Shown here one piece after another: positions 60,156 through 64,000 of a DNA stretch of 64,000 bases. The DNA comes from a virus: positions 32,001 through 96,000 of the IMG/VR virus record IMGVR_UViG_3300003690_002850; one strand, written 5' to 3'. The position numbers were made by a program, and so were the translations under genes. Numbering within the stretch: position 1 is the first letter of the stretch; each line of letters starts with the position of its first letter. The notes below the pieces were generated by a model. That model searched no databases, was not told where the DNA came from, and saw only the letters and a program-made list of their open reading frames with translations.

Positions 60156-60347
60156 ATGACTGATTATGATAAATTATGCGAACGATATATGACTAGACAG
60201 GTACGTTCTTTTTATCCTCGTAAGTTTGAATTATCAAAAGAGTTTCTTGATGCATTTAAATTAGAATATTCTCGGTTAGTTGAAGGTGGTCAAAATAAAA
60301 AGACTCTATTAGAGAGAATTCGTAAAGCTTTAACCTTCCATCTTTAA
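60156..60347 (+). CDS. Hypothetical protein
   Basis: 63-aa ORF, 5 nt after TAAATA. Confidence 0.55.
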   Translation: MTDYDKLCERYMTRQVRSFYPRKFELSKEFLDAFKLEYSRLVEGGQNKKTLLERIRKALTFHL

Positions 60348-61130
60348 ATCTCGTAATACTCTTACAATATATTTTAAAATTTCCGATCTCACAATATCTA
60401 ATTCATTAAACTCAAATACACATATACCCTGATCGAGAGATTCTTTTTTATTAAATGCACTTATAATAGACTTAAATCCAGTTTTAATTCCAATATCACT
60501 TTGTTGGGTGTCTCCAGTTACTATATATTTCGTATTTTCTCCAAACCTTGTTAATATTGTAGTTAATTCCCCTGGAGTTAAGTTTTGAGCCTCATCCACA
60601 ACAACACAAGCATTATTAAACGTTAATCCACGTACGTAATTAACAGGTACGCATTTAATATATTGCTCGCTTATTAAATTAGTAGATAGTGACTTATCTA
60701 AAAATTCATTTAATTTTTCAAACAACGGAAAACACCACGGTAAGAACTTATCATCAACTTCTCCAGGAAGTGACCCCATACTTTTTGATGCCGACTCTAC
60801 AATGCTTCTTATGTAGATAATTTCTTGTACTTTTCGTGTACGTAATAACTGTAAAGCAACATATACTGATAAATATGTTTTTGCCGAGCCTGCTGGCCCA
60901 TCGACTAGAGCCATCTTACAAGTGTCCTTAAAACAACTTTCAAGGAACTCTTCATGAACTGGTGTTATCTCATATTTTTGTGTAACATTAAAATTTAGGA
61001 ATGTATTTTTTTCTATACTTTCTTTTATTTCCTGATTATTAACTATTGCTTTTCTACTAACTCGCTTGCCACTAAGTGCAGTCTTTTTAGTTGAGTTAGA
61101 AACCGACGCGGGCCGTCCTTTTCTAGCCAT
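60330..61130 (-). CDS. phoH: PhoH-family protein
   Basis: GPAGSAKT, LPGEVDDK, RGLTF, DEAQN, TRFG, GDTQQSD, DIVRS. Confidence 0.93.
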   Translation of the reverse strand: MARKGRPASVSNSTKKTALSGKRVSRKAIVNNQEIKESIEKNTFLNFNVTQKYEITPVHEEFLESCFKDTCKMALVDGPAGSAKTYLSVYVALQLLRTRKVQEIIYIRSIVESASKSMGSLPGEVDDKFLPWCFPLFEKLNEFLDKSLSTNLISEQYIKCVPVNYVRGLTFNNACVVVDEAQNLTPGELTTILTRFGENTKYIVTGDTQQSDIGIKTGFKSIISAFNKKESLDQGICVFEFNELDIVRSEILKYIVRVLRDLKMEG

Positions 61131-61188
61131 ATCTTTAAGTATTTATTGCATTTTACATAAATTCAAATCAATAATTAAACATTTATCA

Positions 61189-61983
61189 GTGATAAAAATA
61201 TTTACAGGGTGGAGTAATTCAGGTGGCTCGACGACAGCACTTATTAACTTATGTAACTTATTTAACGACAACGGATATGAATGTATAATGTATGGGCCAC
61301 ATACATGGCACTTAGATCGGTGTCGCGGTGCAAATCTACAAACCGCGACTACTACAAAATCAGATAAAATTATATATCATTTTCTTGATGTAAGAAAAAC
61401 TAGACCGGATGTTGATAAGTTTGTTTTAACTTTGCACGAAAAGGCTCTATATCCTCTCAAAGAGAAACCAGTTCATATTTTTGATAAAGTTCATTTTTTA
61501 AATAAAGAACAGATTAACTGGCATGGAGTTTATAAGGATCTTTCGTGGTTTATATGTGGCAATGCTCATGAGAGTTTAATACCGCTTAAACAGCTAAAAC
61601 AAAGAGTAGCTGGCATTATAGGTAATATCGACGAGAATAAACAAGTACATATTTCAATACAAAGAGCTCTTAAAGATGGTCATAAAGATATTCGAATATA
61701 CGGTAATAACAATGACCCTCAATATTGGAATAACTATGTACAGCCGTTATTAAATAAAAACTCTAATGTAGTTAAGTTTATTGGATATGAAAATGATAAA
61801 CAGAAAGTATATAATACAGTGACCGATGTATATCATTCTTCATTATCTGAGAATGCTTCACTTGTATATGACGAGTGTAGGTTAACAGAAGTTACCTTTC
61901 ATGGTAATGAAAATATTGTCAACCAGCCTATTTGGTCAAATCTCGCTATTTTAAAACTGTGGGTACAGCAATTAGAATTATGA
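61189..61983 (+). CDS. GT-B fold glycosyltransferase (GT4-like)
   Basis: GGSTTALINL, GNIDENKQ, SSLSENASLVYDE; likely GTG start at 61189. Confidence 0.7.
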   Translation: MIKIFTGWSNSGGSTTALINLCNLFNDNGYECIMYGPHTWHLDRCRGANLQTATTTKSDKIIYHFLDVRKTRPDVDKFVLTLHEKALYPLKEKPVHIFDKVHFLNKEQINWHGVYKDLSWFICGNAHESLIPLKQLKQRVAGIIGNIDENKQVHISIQRALKDGHKDIRIYGNNNDPQYWNNYVQPLLNKNSNVVKFIGYENDKQKVYNTVTDVYHSSLSENASLVYDECRLTEVTFHGNENIVNQPIWSNLAILKLWVQQLEL

Positions 61984-62738
61984 GTAATATTATTCAAACA
62001 TTATGGATCGGAAATACCTTTTCACCTATGGAGATTTTATCTTTGAATTCATTTGTTAAAAATGGTATGGAAATTCATTTATATTGTTATGAAGATATAA
62101 AAAATGTTCCTCGAGGCGTAGTTATAAAGGACGGTAGAGATATTCTCCCTAAAGAAGATATTTTTGCATATCAAGTCGGGGAAGGTAAAGGATCATATTC
62201 TGCTTTTTCTAATTACTTTCGATATAAGCTGTTATACGAAAAAGGTGGATGGTGGGTTGATACAGATATGGTCTGTCTACAACCGTGGAATTTTACAGAA
62301 GATCGTGTGTTTTGCTCTGAGGAAAATTATGAAACAGGATTATCTTTCTTAAACACAGGTGCTATTAAATGTCCAGTTGGTGATGAGTTAATGAATTACT
62401 GTTATAACGAATGCTTAAAGAAAGATAAACAAACCTTAGAGTGGGGTATCGTAGGTCCAAAGCTTTTAAATACAGCAGTACATAAATTTAAATATACTAA
62501 TTTTGTTAAACCTATACAGTCCTTTAGTCTTGTTGCTCCTTTTAGGTCACAATTGTTTATTATTCCAAAAGGTGGAGTATATGGTCTAAATGTATTAACG
62601 GATTTAATATTTACTCCAGGTAAAAATGTATATGGATTACATTTATGGAATGAAGCTTGGAATAGAATAGGTATAAGCAAGCATATTGATCATGATGTAA
62701 CTTCAATTTACGAGCAATTAAAATTAAAATATGTATAA
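61980..62738 (+). CDS. Glycosyltransferase (GT32-like, DxD)
   Basis: FSNYFRYKLLYEKGGWWVDTD, GPKLL, HLWNE. Confidence 0.82.
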   Translation: MSNIIQTLWIGNTFSPMEILSLNSFVKNGMEIHLYCYEDIKNVPRGVVIKDGRDILPKEDIFAYQVGEGKGSYSAFSNYFRYKLLYEKGGWWVDTDMVCLQPWNFTEDRVFCSEENYETGLSFLNTGAIKCPVGDELMNYCYNECLKKDKQTLEWGIVGPKLLNTAVHKFKYTNFVKPIQSFSLVAPFRSQLFIIPKGGVYGLNVLTDLIFTPGKNVYGLHLWNEAWNRIGISKHIDHDVTSIYEQLKLKYV

Positions 62739-64000
62739 TATAGTATTTTTAATTAGTAAAGAACATTATAATACGAAAATGTCTCGTATTAGGTTTCATT
62801 CTATACGAGCTTTGTTTAATCATAAACAAGTCAATGGTATATATACTGGTCCTGGATGGGATAATTGGGGTTCCACTATATCAGTACAGGCAAATTTAGA
62901 TAATATTCTTAAAGGTAAAGAATGTCATTTAGTTATTGGATATAAACCTCTTGAAATTTCGGGATTCGCAGATATTACTTATAATAAATGTATTCGTTAT
63001 AATGAGATGTATGATAAAGAGTGGACATTAAAAGAAATAACTGAAAGTAAAGCTAATATTATTATATGTCATCATTATAATGACTATAAAGAATATATAA
63101 ACATCTTAAAAACTAAAAAACTTAATCATATTAAATGTTTAACATGGGTTCCTCACTGCGCTGATGCGAGTATATTTAAACCTAAACCTGAAATTGAAAA
63201 AATATATGATGTAGCACTTGTAGGAGCTACTAATGTTACAACAATGTTAGGAGAACATTATCCATTAAGAGCGAGAATGTGTAGGTTGCTGGATCTTATG
63301 CCGTATCGATATAGGTGTGCTGTTGTTCCGCACGTTGGTGGTTCGCACTCTGATGCATATACAGATAAATATGCTATCGATTTTGCTAATAAAATAAATT
63401 CAGCTAAAATTATTATAACAGATAGTGGTGCACCTAAATCTAGATTTGGAAAATATATAGAAGTGCCTATGTGTGGTGTTGCCTTGGCTGGTGATGTATA
63501 TGACGACCACCCTACAGATGTTGAATTATTAAAGTCTTTTTTAATTGATATTAATATGCAAATGTCTGATCAAGAAATTATTGAAAAGCTTGTTTATTAT
63601 TTAGAAAATAACAACGAAAGGGAAGAGAAGGTAAAAGCTGGTATTGAATATACTAAAGATTTCACTCAAGAAAGATATGCAGAAAGGTGTATTAATATAT
63701 TATCCAAATTACAAGAACAAGAAAATAAGTATATTGAATATATTAATTTGCAAAAAGAAAAAACTACTGATCCTGTACGGAGGGAAAAGTGGCTAAATGG
63801 AGAGTGGTTAAGTAAGCTCGGTGGTTTTAAGAAGATTTTTAATAAGCATGTAGATTATATTGGTAATGAGTGTTTATGTATCGGTGCGAGAACTGGCCAA
63901 GAGGTACAGGCTTTAATAGATTTAAATAAAAACGCAATTGGTATAGATTTAGTTGCATGCGAACCACTCGTCGTTGAAGGAGATTTCCATGATTTGAGGT
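62731..64000 (+). CDS. Partial glycosyltransferase fused to a SAM-methyltransferase domain (runs off the window)
   Basis: Translated by hand: PHCAD..IFKP, YPLR, KYIEVPMCG (GT-B-like), then LCIGARTGQEV...GIDL...GDFHDL; no stop before 64000. Confidence 0.75.
   Translation, partial: MYNIVFLISKEHYNTKMSRIRFHSIRALFNHKQVNGIYTGPGWDNWGSTISVQANLDNILKGKECHLVIGYKPLEISGFADITYNKCIRYNEMYDKEWTLKEITESKANIIICHHYNDYKEYINILKTKKLNHIKCLTWVPHCADASIFKPKPEIEKIYDVALVGATNVTTMLGEHYPLRARMCRLLDLMPYRYRCAVVPHVGGSHSDAYTDKYAIDFANKINSAKIIITDSGAPKSRFGKYIEVPMCGVALAGDVYDDHPTDVELLKSFLIDINMQMSDQEIIEKLVYYLENNNEREEKVKAGIEYTKDFTQERYAERCINILSKLQEQENKYIEYINLQKEKTTDPVRREKWLNGEWLSKLGGFKKIFNKHVDYIGNECLCIGARTGQEVQALIDLNKNAIGIDLVACEPLVVEGDFHDLR

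Noticed and set aside
1-64000. tRNA, rRNA, introns, inteins, homing endonucleases, integrase or IS elements
   Set aside because: Intergenic gaps are too short, core enzymes are of normal length, and no such motifs were recognised by eye; a covariance-model scan was not run

Overview
This is a 64-kb, AT-rich, densely coding segment of a large T4-like (Tevenvirinae-type core) myophage. The 5' part is a baseplate-tail-terminase-neck module. The middle is a full T4-type replication/recombination set: primase, RNase H, clamp, SSB, helicase, UvsX, family B polymerase, gp46/47, gp55, UvsW, UvsY. Accessory genes include a 7-deazaguanine pathway (folE, queD, queE, queC, a class II glutamine amidotransferase and guaC; no dpdA seen in the window), a dTDP-rhamnose-type pathway, at least six glycosyltransferases, a ferredoxin and phoH. 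The most striking structure is a translationally coupled tandem array of eight SGNH-like paralogs (51117-57403) with AT-rich constant frameworks and GC-rich hypervariable loops, lying between folE and queD. Two promoter classes sit about 5-8 nt upstream of start codons, which points to mostly leaderless mRNAs. Four genes (sheath, large terminase, rmlB, rmlD-like) are broken at single junctions where sequence seems to be missing, most likely assembly gaps. All product calls come from motifs recognised by eye plus gene order; no database searches were run.
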